Positions 1 to 8,379 of a DNA stretch of 32,000 bases are shown here, one piece after another. Position 1 is the first letter of the stretch; each line of letters opens with the position of its first letter. This stretch comes from Candidatus Poseidoniaceae archaeon. Lineage in GTDB: Archaea > Thermoplasmatota > Poseidoniia > Poseidoniales > Poseidoniaceae. The notes beneath the pieces are model-generated. The model was given only the letters and a program-made list of their open reading frames with translations, did not search any database and had not been told where the DNA came from. Position numbers and translations under genes: made by a program. The stretch spans positions 480,001 through 512,000 of the forward strand of contig CALSTM010000003.1 of NCBI GenBank assembly GCA_943789275.1, read 5' to 3'.

Positions 1-11
1 AGAATCCTTAC

Positions 12-1232
12 ATGACTGAAATTACTGAGAACTATGTTCTCAACGGCGAAGGTTCCCGTAAAGAAACTCGTCACATTGTCTTCGCACTTGGTGACTCTGG
101 TCTTGATTACAAAGTCGGCGATGCTCTTGGAGTCATGTCGGAGAATCCACCGCACATCGTCGAAGAAATTCTTGAACTTCAAGGATGGGACCGTGACTAT
201 ACAGTGGAGACCCACAACGGAGAGCGTGACCTGTATACGGCTTTGAAGAAAGACTTTGAAGTCCACATGGCGAACAAGAAGTTTGTTCAATCGCTTGCAG
301 GCAAGGTCGTCTCCTCAGGAATGAAAATTTCTTTGAAGATCGTGGCCCGAAGCCGTTCAAGCGAGGACTGGGAATCTTCTGACTCCTCCGCTACGCCTCC
401 CGGACTTGCTGCCAGCAAGGCATCTGACGACCCAGCAGCAAAGGTCGAAGCGCTTCTTGGTGACGAAAAAGAGATTGAAAACTACCTTTGGACAAGGGAT
501 TACGTTGACATCATGCGAGAGTTCGGTGTTAAGTATTCTCCAGAGGAATTCCTTGATTTGGTCGCCCGACTCAAGCCGAGACTGTATTCCATCGCCTCTT
601 CCCATGATGCTCACCCAGGATTAGTGGAATTGACCGTCGGAATTGTTCGCTTTGAATACCACAACCGTGCCCGAGGTGGCCTTTGCACACAGTACATGGC
701 TGACGAAATTGAAGCAACTGGTAACCAAATCGGTGTCTTCATGTCTCCAACGAAATCGTTCATTCTTCCTGAAGATAAGGACACTGACATCATCATGGTT
801 GGCCCTGGAACCGGAATTGCTCCGTTTAGAGCGTTCATGGAACAGCGTGTCTTCGATGGCGGCAAAGGCCGGAACTGGTTGTTCTTTGGAGACCAATCTT
901 CCAAGACTGAGTTTTACTACAAGGAACAAATTGAAGGCTGGATGGACAGCGGGGACTTGTACAAATTCACAACAGCTTGGTCACGTGACCAAGAAGAAAA
1001 GATCTACGTCCAACATCGTCTCAAAGAACACGGTGCAGACATTTGGCAATGGTTTGAGGACGGTGCTTACTTCTACATTTGTGGTGATAAGACCTACATG
1101 GCCAAAGACGTGCATCGAGCACTCATTGAGATTGCAATGGAACACGGTGGAATGTCTGAAGACGATGCGACTCACTTCATTGGTACAACCATGATGAGAG
1201 AAGAAAAGCGATACTTACGAGACGTGTACTGA
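12..1232 (+). CDS. CysJ/cytochrome-P450-reductase-family flavoprotein, FAD/NADPH-binding (FNR-like) module; possibly 5'-truncated by the window edge
   Basis: 406-aa ORF. Motifs: TRHIVFALGDSGLDYKVGDALGV, RLYSIASS (FAD binding), MVGPGTGIAPFRAF (NADPH binding), and a C-terminus RYLRDVY as in CysJ-type reductases. No flavodoxin module lies inside the ORF. The frame stays open to nt 3, so the true start may lie upstream of the window. Confidence 0.8.
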   Translation: MTEITENYVLNGEGSRKETRHIVFALGDSGLDYKVGDALGVMSENPPHIVEEILELQGWDRDYTVETHNGERDLYTALKKDFEVHMANKKFVQSLAGKVVSSGMKISLKIVARSRSSEDWESSDSSATPPGLAASKASDDPAAKVEALLGDEKEIENYLWTRDYVDIMREFGVKYSPEEFLDLVARLKPRLYSIASSHDAHPGLVELTVGIVRFEYHNRARGGLCTQYMADEIEATGNQIGVFMSPTKSFILPEDKDTDIIMVGPGTGIAPFRAFMEQRVFDGGKGRNWLFFGDQSSKTEFYYKEQIEGWMDSGDLYKFTTAWSRDQEEKIYVQHRLKEHGADIWQWFEDGAYFYICGDKTYMAKDVHRALIEIAMEHGGMSEDDATHFIGTTMMREEKRYLRDVY

Positions 1233-1235
1233 TTC

Positions 1236-1724
1236 TCATTCGAGTCCATCTGTGGGCAAAGGGACACTTGTTACTGGGATGCCGCTCTCGATGGCGCGTT
1301 CTTCCATACGTTTTGTCCACACCGAATCCGGTCCGGGGAACGAAAGCATGTGCGTGGCTCGCCCAAGCATTGTCTTGGCCAGTGTTGCTACTGCTTCAGG
1401 TCGTCCGGAATCATGGGCAGAACTTGGTCGAGGAGCATTCCATGCTTCGCTAAACACAGCTAATCGGATGTTGTTGTTATCTGCCCATCGCTCAGCCAGA
1501 TAATCGACACCACTGGCTCCACCGAGGATGATTAAATCGGGGTAGGCATTTGCCTCAACCCACTGCTCCAATTTATCTTCAAGCCAGGCATAATCATAGA
1601 ATTTGGAGTTACCGCAAATGACTAAATTCACGATACGTCCATCTCTGTTCAAATCTTTTCCTGCTAACTGGTCGAGCGCCTCGGCTCCGGTTTGGGGTTT
1701 CTGCGACATGATTCCACATCGCAT
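1236..1724 (-). CDS. SLOG/DUF2493-like Rossmann-fold protein, function unknown
   Basis: 162-aa ORF. The core DLIILGGASGVDYLAERWA ... HMLSFPG ... ESGIPV fits my recollection of the DUF2493 pattern (hGGAxGxDxxAxxWA ... aFPg ... aGIPV). An alternative ATG lies at 1709. Its stop is 3 nt from the stop of the convergent upstream gene. Confidence 0.5.
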   Translation of the reverse strand: MRCGIMSQKPQTGAEALDQLAGKDLNRDGRIVNLVICGNSKFYDYAWLEDKLEQWVEANAYPDLIILGGASGVDYLAERWADNNNIRLAVFSEAWNAPRPSSAHDSGRPEAVATLAKTMLGRATHMLSFPGPDSVWTKRMEERAIESGIPVTSVPLPTDGLE

Positions 1725-1910
1725 TCATATCATATCAAATTTCCGCCACCTTTTCTTGAAAATGACTCCAAAAGAGAAACTATCTGCCGGAATTCGGTCA
1801 TTTACGACGGTTGGCGGTGAATTTGCCGATAAAAAGACCCTCCGAAAAAAGCCTCTTTTGTATCGTATTGAACCGTTGGCATCATAGAGTAATTGCTCTT
1901 CGAGTCGAAC

Positions 1911-3251
1911 ATGGCATTCAAGCGTGTACTCATTGCGAACCGTGGTGAAATTGCTCTTCGAATACTTCGAACTCTACGCGACATGGGCATCGAGGCAGCG
2001 ATCATTCACGGGCGAGAAGACCGTCTTTCACTGCCCGTTCGGTTCGCTGATGTGGCGTATGCCAATTACAAGTCCAATCCTTTGGACACCTATTTGGATA
2101 TTGAATCGGTGATTCATGCAGCTAAAGAGATGGGTTGTGACGCAGTTCACCCAGGATACGGCTTCCTCGCGGAGAACGCTCACTTTGTCCGTCGACTGCA
2201 AGAGGAAGGCATCACTTTCATCGGTCCATCCGCTGATGTTATCACGCTGCTTGGCGATAAAATTGAGGCACGTGCAGCAATGGAAGCAGCAGGACTTCCA
2301 ACGGCTAAGGGTTCTTCTGAACCCATTTCTGATGCTGCTGTGGCATCGACTTTGGCGGAACAAATTGGATATCCAGTCATCATTAAGGCTGCCGCAGGCG
2401 GCGGCGGTATCGGTATGCAAATTGTCGAAAAGTCTGACGAGTTTGAAAACGCTCTCAAACTGTGCCAATCACGAGCCCGCTCGGCTTTTGGCGATGAGCG
2501 AGTGTTTGTAGAGAAGTACATTCAAGGTGCGCAACACGTTGAATTCCAAGTCCTTGGAGACGGGAAGAAGGCGATTCATTTTGGAGAACGGTTTTGCTCC
2601 ATCCAACGGCGCCACCAAAAATTAGTCGAAGAAGGACCTTGGCTGGACGAGGCAAAACGCGAAGAGATTGGTGCTCTGGTTTGCAAAGGAGCAGAATCGG
2701 TAGGATACAAAGGTCTGGCGACCTTTGAGTTCTTGCGTGATGCAAACGGCGATTTTTACTTCCTCGAAGTCAACCCGCGTGTCCAAGTCGAACACACGGT
2801 TACCGAACTCATCACCGGTCACAATCTGGTGGAATTGGGTATTCGTGTAGCACAAGGCGAAGAGCTTCCATTGAACCAAGAGGATATTGTGTGGAACGGT
2901 CACGCCATTCAATGTCGATTGAACGCAGAAGACCCTCGCAAGTTCATTCCAAGTCCTGGCCGGCTTTGGGAATGCCACTTCCCTTCAGGTTACGGTGTTC
3001 GGGTTGACACACATGCTCATCCGGGCTACGAAATGCCTGGATGTTTCGACTCGTTACTGGCTAAACTCTTGGTCTGGGGCAGAGACCGCGATGACGCGGT
3101 TAAGCGTATGAGAACTGCACTTGATGAAACGGTTATTTCGGGCGTAGAACACTTGATTCCGCTTCATCGTCGAATCATGGATGAGAAGGATTTCCTGAAC
3201 CGTGACATCACCATTCAATACATTGAGATGCACGAAGAGTTGCTCGGTTGA
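1911..3251 (+). CDS. accC: Biotin carboxylase (acetyl/propionyl-CoA carboxylase biotin carboxylase subunit; a pyruvate carboxylase A subunit cannot be excluded)
   Basis: MAFKRVLIANRGEIALRILRT, HPGYGFLAENAHF, GDKIEARAAM, the glycine-rich KAAAGGGGIGM, and EVNPRVQVEHTVTE are canonical ATP-grasp biotin carboxylase motifs. About 446 aa from the ATG at 1911 (the ORF track starts at 1893). No BCCP or carboxyltransferase gene is adjacent. Confidence 0.9.
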   Translation: MAFKRVLIANRGEIALRILRTLRDMGIEAAIIHGREDRLSLPVRFADVAYANYKSNPLDTYLDIESVIHAAKEMGCDAVHPGYGFLAENAHFVRRLQEEGITFIGPSADVITLLGDKIEARAAMEAAGLPTAKGSSEPISDAAVASTLAEQIGYPVIIKAAAGGGGIGMQIVEKSDEFENALKLCQSRARSAFGDERVFVEKYIQGAQHVEFQVLGDGKKAIHFGERFCSIQRRHQKLVEEGPWLDEAKREEIGALVCKGAESVGYKGLATFEFLRDANGDFYFLEVNPRVQVEHTVTELITGHNLVELGIRVAQGEELPLNQEDIVWNGHAIQCRLNAEDPRKFIPSPGRLWECHFPSGYGVRVDTHAHPGYEMPGCFDSLLAKLLVWGRDRDDAVKRMRTALDETVISGVEHLIPLHRRIMDEKDFLNRDITIQYIEMHEELLG

Positions 3252-3301
3252 GCACTTGCTTGATGCGAAAGGGACAAGTATCGAGCGCTTGACGCCAAGA
3301 C

Positions 3302-4222
3302 ATGGATGTTCTCATCGTTGGAAGCGTCGCCTACGACAGTGTCGCCTCGCCTCTCGGTCACGTCAAAGATGCCTTAGGTGGCTCAGCAACTTACGCAGGT
3401 CTTGCGTGTTCGTTTCATTCCAAGCGCTTATCCCTGAACAGCGTTGGTTTGGTGGGTGTTGTCGGTGAAGACTTCTCTGAAGAGGACCGCCTTCTTTTGA
3501 CGAACAACGGATTGGACTTGACGGGCATCGAAACTGCTGCGGGTGAGACTTTCCGCTGGTCTGGTTCGTACCACGGGACGATGGCTGAGGCTCAAACTCA
3601 TGAAACACATCTCAATGTGTTTGAGCATTTTGAACCAAAAGTTCCAGAATCTCACCGCACCCCACAGATTACCTTCTGCGCCAACCTTCACCCTGCTTTG
3701 CAAGCCAGTGTTTTGCAGCAAGCCACTCCTCGGCGTTTGTCGATGCTTGATTCAATGAATCTATGGATTGAAATTGCCAAGGATTCACTGCTTGATGTCA
3801 TGCGTCGTGTCGATTTGATCATCATTAACGACGGCGAAGTTCGCATGTTGGCAGGCGATGAAAACCTCATCAGAGCGGCTCGAAAAGTGTTGAGTATGGT
3901 CGATGCAAAGACACTTGTCGTTAAGCGTGGCGAACACGGGGTTATCGCTTTCCATGGCGAAGACATCATCTCTCTGCCAGCATTCCCAACAGAACTTGTG
4001 GTTGATCCAACCGGATGCGGAGATACCTTCGCAGGTTCTCTTGCTGCTCACCTCGCTTCTGGAGAAGGTGAACTCTCCCGTGACGAATTGCGAAAGGCTT
4101 TGGTTTCAGCAACCGTAAGTGCGAGTTTTACCCTCGAATCGTTTGGTACTGAAGCACTGCATTCGATGAGTCTTGAGGCGTTTAATCAGCGTCTTTCTGA
4201 CTTTGAAAAGATGTTGAATTGA
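3302..4222 (+). CDS. PfkB/ribokinase-family carbohydrate or nucleoside kinase
   Basis: 306-aa ORF with an N-terminal GSVAYDSV...LGGSATYAG and the C-terminal PfkB signature DPTGCGDTFAGSLAAHL. The substrate cannot be assigned from sequence alone. Confidence 0.8.
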   Translation: MDVLIVGSVAYDSVASPLGHVKDALGGSATYAGLACSFHSKRLSLNSVGLVGVVGEDFSEEDRLLLTNNGLDLTGIETAAGETFRWSGSYHGTMAEAQTHETHLNVFEHFEPKVPESHRTPQITFCANLHPALQASVLQQATPRRLSMLDSMNLWIEIAKDSLLDVMRRVDLIIINDGEVRMLAGDENLIRAARKVLSMVDAKTLVVKRGEHGVIAFHGEDIISLPAFPTELVVDPTGCGDTFAGSLAAHLASGEGELSRDELRKALVSATVSASFTLESFGTEALHSMSLEAFNQRLSDFEKMLN

Positions 4223-4223
4223 T

Positions 4224-5894
4224 TCACAAATCCAAGCGGCGTAAGCCTGCTTTACCAGCGTGCTCTGCATGGTGAGTCTTGCTGTCCTTGAGTTCTTCAA
4301 AAGAAATATCATCGAGTTCTGGCAAGGGTGCAGCCTCTTGTTTTTCTTGCTCATCCTGTTCCATAATTGAATGCACGCGATGCATGTGTGCGAGCATCAA
4401 CTCGATTTGATCTTCTGGTAGGTTGCCGCCTCTGCTGATGGCAAGATTCCGTATCGATTCAACCGATTCTGATTGCAATGTTTCAGCGGAGCGCTGGCGC
4501 AATTCGCGCGTTGAAGAGGACTCCTCGTTGGAAGGTTGCTGGTTCCGAGAACTGAACAGGCGGTTCGCTATTCCTGTTGCGTTTCCAAGCATTTGTGCAG
4601 CAGCAGGTTTGACCATGTCTGAAAATCGACTCACCGATGTTGTTCGTGTTCGATTTTTAGGTCGCAATCGAGAGTCGGGACGGTTGGCACTTTTTGGTCT
4701 CAATCGGCTACCTCGGGCCCTTGCAGCAATCCGGGGTGTTGTCGGAGTTTGTGGAGCGGACGGTGTTTCTTTGCGAGCCCTATCGATCAGGGAGGTGGTT
4801 GGCTCAGGTTCGTTTTCGGGTAACAATGAGTCGGGGGAGCGGAACACGTCTGCGGTATCAAATACCTCCAAATTCGGTTCTTGTGCGGTAAGACCGGGCA
4901 CATGGGCACCGTTTGGTCCAACAAAGCTTGGAATGAAGGATTGCGGCAACTCAGTGGAATGAAGTTCATGATGTTCCCGTGGAAGCTCTGCGCTGGTTGA
5001 CTGCGCAATGTGTTGGAAGGAAGATACGGGTCGCTGTGTGACGGGTGCCGGGAATTGCGCTGTAGGATGATTGGCGTAATGCGGCACTGGCTCTTTTGTG
5101 GCTCTTGGAAGAGCACCTCTTCTGTCGTGAGCGTTAGCGACGCCTCTTGAGAGTAGACCATGCTCGGTTCTGGCCACGGTTCCAACATCGTCTTCACCGG
5201 TCATCCAACCGCTTGAAAGAGCATCGTGTTCTCCAAAGTCCAAGTCGATTTCATCGTCAAAGAGATTCAAGGAAGCAACGGAAGCGGGAACTTCATCCTT
5301 CGGTAGTGCATCGGCTAGGAAAGTTCCAATCGAGGTAGGTGCTTGGATTTGAACCGGTTGGACCGGTACTTCTTGCCATTCACGAATGGCTGTCCGTGGA
5401 TATTCAGTGTCTCGGTCGAGGATATCCAATCCGATTCGAGCGTCTTCAAGACTCATTCCACTTTCCAAGCGTTTGAGGAGTGTCGCCAATCGCATCAATG
5501 AAGCATCGTTACCGGTTATGGTGTGGCAATCTCCGGCTTCTGTATCGAGCGTAAGCGTCGGTTTTCGCGTACCCAACCAGCCCAGAATGAGCATGACCCC
5601 ACAGACTGTAGTAAGCATTTGAAGCGTGTCTTGAATCAGAATTCGCAGTCCAATGTGAACCAGGCCGGCACCAAGGAGAGCAAACGAGAACGGTATGAGA
5701 CGAGTGTGGTGGTGGTGGACCCGAGAAATGTTGGATAATCGCAAGTCCAAACCATGCCCTCTTCTTGTCTCTAAAGACAGCGTGCGCTCATCCACTGACG
5801 CTCGGACTCTCCCCGAGCCTGCCAAATGCAGTGCTTTGATGAGTTCAAAGTCTTCTGCATGTGCAGGACCTTCCTCCTGAACTTTAATGCGCAT
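4224..5894 (-). CDS. Hypothetical membrane protein with two TM helices and a long Pro/Ser/Thr/Arg-rich disordered C-terminal region
   Basis: Long uninterrupted ORF. The hydrophobic pair LIPFSFALLGAGLVHIGLRIL / LTTVCGVMLILGWLG is followed by about 400 aa of low complexity. I recognise no family. ATG at 5894 is preferred over the TTG at 5906 used by the ORF track. Confidence 0.55.
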   Translation of the reverse strand: MRIKVQEEGPAHAEDFELIKALHLAGSGRVRASVDERTLSLETRRGHGLDLRLSNISRVHHHHTRLIPFSFALLGAGLVHIGLRILIQDTLQMLTTVCGVMLILGWLGTRKPTLTLDTEAGDCHTITGNDASLMRLATLLKRLESGMSLEDARIGLDILDRDTEYPRTAIREWQEVPVQPVQIQAPTSIGTFLADALPKDEVPASVASLNLFDDEIDLDFGEHDALSSGWMTGEDDVGTVARTEHGLLSRGVANAHDRRGALPRATKEPVPHYANHPTAQFPAPVTQRPVSSFQHIAQSTSAELPREHHELHSTELPQSFIPSFVGPNGAHVPGLTAQEPNLEVFDTADVFRSPDSLLPENEPEPTTSLIDRARKETPSAPQTPTTPRIAARARGSRLRPKSANRPDSRLRPKNRTRTTSVSRFSDMVKPAAAQMLGNATGIANRLFSSRNQQPSNEESSSTRELRQRSAETLQSESVESIRNLAISRGGNLPEDQIELMLAHMHRVHSIMEQDEQEKQEAAPLPELDDISFEELKDSKTHHAEHAGKAGLRRLDL

Positions 5895-5991
5895 CCCAGC
5901 GCGCAAACCGCATGTGCTGGGTTATGAAACCACCGACCGTTGACCGTAATTTGGGGCCGATAATCCGACCGTCATTCCTTCGCCGAGTGGC

Positions 5992-7011
5992 TCACTTCAG
6001 CGTGAGTTCAGCATTCCCCATAATTCGAGGTTTTGAATCGAGTTGAGCAATGAGTGTTGCTTCAGGGTTTTCTCTTCGAATGTAGAGAGGCGATTCCCAA
6101 GTAACATCCATCTCATCACCGTTTACAGCGCTAATGCGGCCGACGACAAACTGTAAATCGACGCTTGCGTGAACGACATCGCCTTCAGACAAAACTCGCT
6201 TTTGGAATGGGGAGCGGCTGAGTTTCATTGTTGAGCGCTCATGAGCAACCACTGCCAAAGGGACACTCGTGTTGGTTTTCTTGTCTTCAACGGCAGGATG
6301 AACCAGTAAGGTTCCGCCACCGAGGTGTTCTTCTTTGGCATTTCGGAGTGCAAGTCCAACTCGGTCACCGGCTGATGCAGAGGGGACATCGTCGTCCATG
6401 ACTTGCAGTGATTTGGCACTGCCAGTGCCGTTTGCAGGCAGCAAGACGACCTCATCGTGGACATTGACGGTTCCCGATTGAACATATCCGATGGCAACCA
6501 ACCCGATACCTTTGACGTTGAAGTGTTGGTCGACTGGTATGACGAGAGGTGCTTTGGCATTTGCAGACAATTCGTCAGCGATGTCGTCCATGAATTGATA
6601 CAGTGTATTTCGTAGTCCTATGCCATCGGTCGAGCCAAAAGACCACTCGCCTAAACCTGCTTGTTTGAACAGCATTTTCACCTGTTCTTCGTCAACCCAT
6701 CCACCGTCTGGGGCATTGATGATTCCAATTCCTTTGGTGATGTTGGCGCTTGCAAAAGCGACAAGTGCTTCACCAAGTGTTGCATCGATACCTGAGATTT
6801 CGATGATTCCAACCCGTGCAGCGGAAAGAGCGTTGAGAAAAGGCCGCAAACGTTCAGGGTATTTTGCAGGTCGAATCAACGACAAAATTCGGGGACCGTC
6901 GCTTCCCGATTCCTTGTGGACATAGGTGTGAACGTCCCTTTGGTCGGTTGGTTTGGCAACTTCTCTGGCCAATTCATCGGAACCGATCATTGCAATGTTG
7001 AGGACAGGCAT
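5992..7011 (-). CDS. EF-Tu/EF-1alpha-like protein with a degenerate (probably non-GTP-binding) G domain and an intact domain II beta-barrel
   Basis: Domain II resembles EF-Tu: PLVIPVDQHFNVKGIGLVAIGYVQSGTVNVHDEVVLLP...AGDRVGLALR. G1 reads IGSDELAREVAK instead of GHVDHGKS/T. The DxxG region reads IRPAKYPE. NKxD reads INAPD. ATG at 7011 (GGTGGG lies 6-11 nt upstream); the ORF track uses the GTG at 7035. Confidence 0.6.
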   Translation of the reverse strand: MPVLNIAMIGSDELAREVAKPTDQRDVHTYVHKESGSDGPRILSLIRPAKYPERLRPFLNALSAARVGIIEISGIDATLGEALVAFASANITKGIGIINAPDGGWVDEEQVKMLFKQAGLGEWSFGSTDGIGLRNTLYQFMDDIADELSANAKAPLVIPVDQHFNVKGIGLVAIGYVQSGTVNVHDEVVLLPANGTGSAKSLQVMDDDVPSASAGDRVGLALRNAKEEHLGGGTLLVHPAVEDKKTNTSVPLAVVAHERSTMKLSRSPFQKRVLSEGDVVHASVDLQFVVGRISAVNGDEMDVTWESPLYIRRENPEATLIAQLDSKPRIMGNAELTLK

Positions 7012-7053
7012 GATTGGCCCACCGATGTGGGTCACATGAAGGTAGGGGTGGTT

Positions 7054-7515
7054 TCACTTCTTTCGATTCGCTAACATCTGCTCTCGAATGTTTTTGGCGT
7101 GGTCCCAGTCTTCTTGCTCTTCGTCTTGTTCAACAACAAATTGTGGGATTGGAATTGGACGCATCATTGAATCAATGGCAACAAAGAAGAAAAATCCTTC
7201 ACATATTTTCTTTTTCTCCCAAGTTGCCTTATTCACCGCCACAGCCGTCACTTTGGTGCAGGCAGTATGGCTGCTGGTAAAGACAACTTTTCCGGTAACT
7301 TCGAGCAAATCCCCTTGTCGGGCAGGGGCGATGAACGTCAGAGCGTCAATCGAGATGGTGACGAACTCTCTGTGGGCAAATTTAGCGCAAGCGATTCCTC
7401 CCGCTTTGTCCATCAGTGAAAGTAATTTGCCACCGAACAGGGTATCGTATGCGTTGGTATCGCCAGGGAATACATGCTCGATCAGCGTAGCGGGTTCCTT
7501 TGAGTACGGTTCCAT
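7054..7515 (-). CDS. Acyl-CoA thioesterase, hotdog fold (YciA/COG1607-like)
   Basis: 153-aa ORF. VFPGDTNAYDTLFGGKLLSLMDKAGGIACAKFA ... VTISIDALTFIAPARQGDLLEVTGKV is the typical acyl-CoA thioester hydrolase hotdog core. Confidence 0.8.
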   Translation of the reverse strand: MEPYSKEPATLIEHVFPGDTNAYDTLFGGKLLSLMDKAGGIACAKFAHREFVTISIDALTFIAPARQGDLLEVTGKVVFTSSHTACTKVTAVAVNKATWEKKKICEGFFFFVAIDSMMRPIPIPQFVVEQDEEQEDWDHAKNIREQMLANRKK

Positions 7516-7605
7516 ACCACCGCCAAGAAGTTCTCCCTCAAGAACTCATGCGGCGTTCAAATGCGCCTGAGGTGGTTTCTTGACCTTGAGCGATTGCCAT
7601 CGGCT

Positions 7606-8271
7606 ATGGTCGAGGAAAAAGTGTGCATCGCTTTGGTCTCGGGGGGCATTGATTCGCCGGTAGCCGTGGCTCGAATGCTGAGAGAAGGTTGGTTCATCCA
7701 TCCCGTTCATTGCACTCAAGAGCCGGTGACCGGTCCTGAAGCGGAACAGAAAACAATAGCTGCGCTTCGATACTTTCTGCACATGGAGGGCCCGATTGGC
7801 GATGCTGCACGGCGTCAACTGTCGACCACTTTGACGGTTGTTCCCGTCGCCAAACAGTTGGCCTTGTTCACAAAGAGATGGTGCCACACGGAGTATTTTA
7901 TTCACATGAAACGCCTGTACAGTTGCCTCGGAGATCTGGCGGGTAAAGAAGTCGGAGCAACGCATCTTTTGACCGGTGAAAACCTCGGTCAAGTTTCCTC
8001 ACAAACGCTCGGCAATTTAGGTGCCATTGAACAGGTTACTGCATTGCAAATGCTCCGACCTCTGCTGGGGTTTGATAAAACCGCCATCATGCACATGTCG
8101 CAAGGTCTCGGAACATTTGAGTTGAGTATAGGCCCGGAAGTTTGCGATGCATTGGGCCCATCTATGCCGACCACCATTGCGAACTTAGAATGGTTGGAAA
8201 AAAGCGAACTGAGGCTCGGCGGCCTCGATAAATATTACGCAAGAAGCGTGGAAGAATCGAAGAACCGTTGA
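7606..8271 (+). CDS. ThiI-like PP-loop ATP pyrophosphatase domain protein (tRNA/thiamine sulfurtransferase family) lacking the N-terminal ferredoxin-like and THUMP domains
   Basis: The PP-loop ALVSGGIDSPVA, LLTGENLGQVSSQTLGNL and RPLLGFDKTAI match ThiI catalytic-domain motifs. Only about 221 aa from the ATG at 7606; the ORF track start at 7561 adds 15 aa. Confidence 0.7.
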   Translation: MVEEKVCIALVSGGIDSPVAVARMLREGWFIHPVHCTQEPVTGPEAEQKTIAALRYFLHMEGPIGDAARRQLSTTLTVVPVAKQLALFTKRWCHTEYFIHMKRLYSCLGDLAGKEVGATHLLTGENLGQVSSQTLGNLGAIEQVTALQMLRPLLGFDKTAIMHMSQGLGTFELSIGPEVCDALGPSMPTTIANLEWLEKSELRLGGLDKYYARSVEESKNR

Positions 8272-8298
8272 ACTTTGAATTGAAACGTTTGTTTTGAT

Positions 8299-8313
8299 CC
8301 CTCCGTAGGAGGG
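8299..8313 (+). terminator. Small stem-loop (CCCTCC-GTA-GGAGGG) preceded by a T-rich tract, downstream of the ThiI-like gene
   Basis: Perfect 6-bp inverted repeat, 8299-8304 with 8308-8313. The T-rich GTTTGTTTTG lies at 8287-8296. The location is 28 nt after the stop at 8271. Function is not demonstrated. Confidence 0.25.
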
Positions 8314-8379
8314 GATTGGTGGGCAACAGTCCGTTGCGGTTATAGGTGAAGGAATCATCGGAAGAGAACAGGTGAGTCT

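Noticed and set aside
1236-1724. Prophage or mobile-element remnant, suggested by the DUF2493/SLOG gene, a family often seen in phage and plasmid contexts.
   Set aside because: No integrase, transposase, terminal repeats, tRNA target or other phage genes are nearby. A single gene is insufficient evidence for a mobile element.
1603-1887. 94-aa + strand ORF spanning the SLOG gene 5' end and the divergent intergenic region.
   Set aside because: It overlaps the better-supported - strand gene, has no motifs, and ends just before the accC start. It is most likely spurious.
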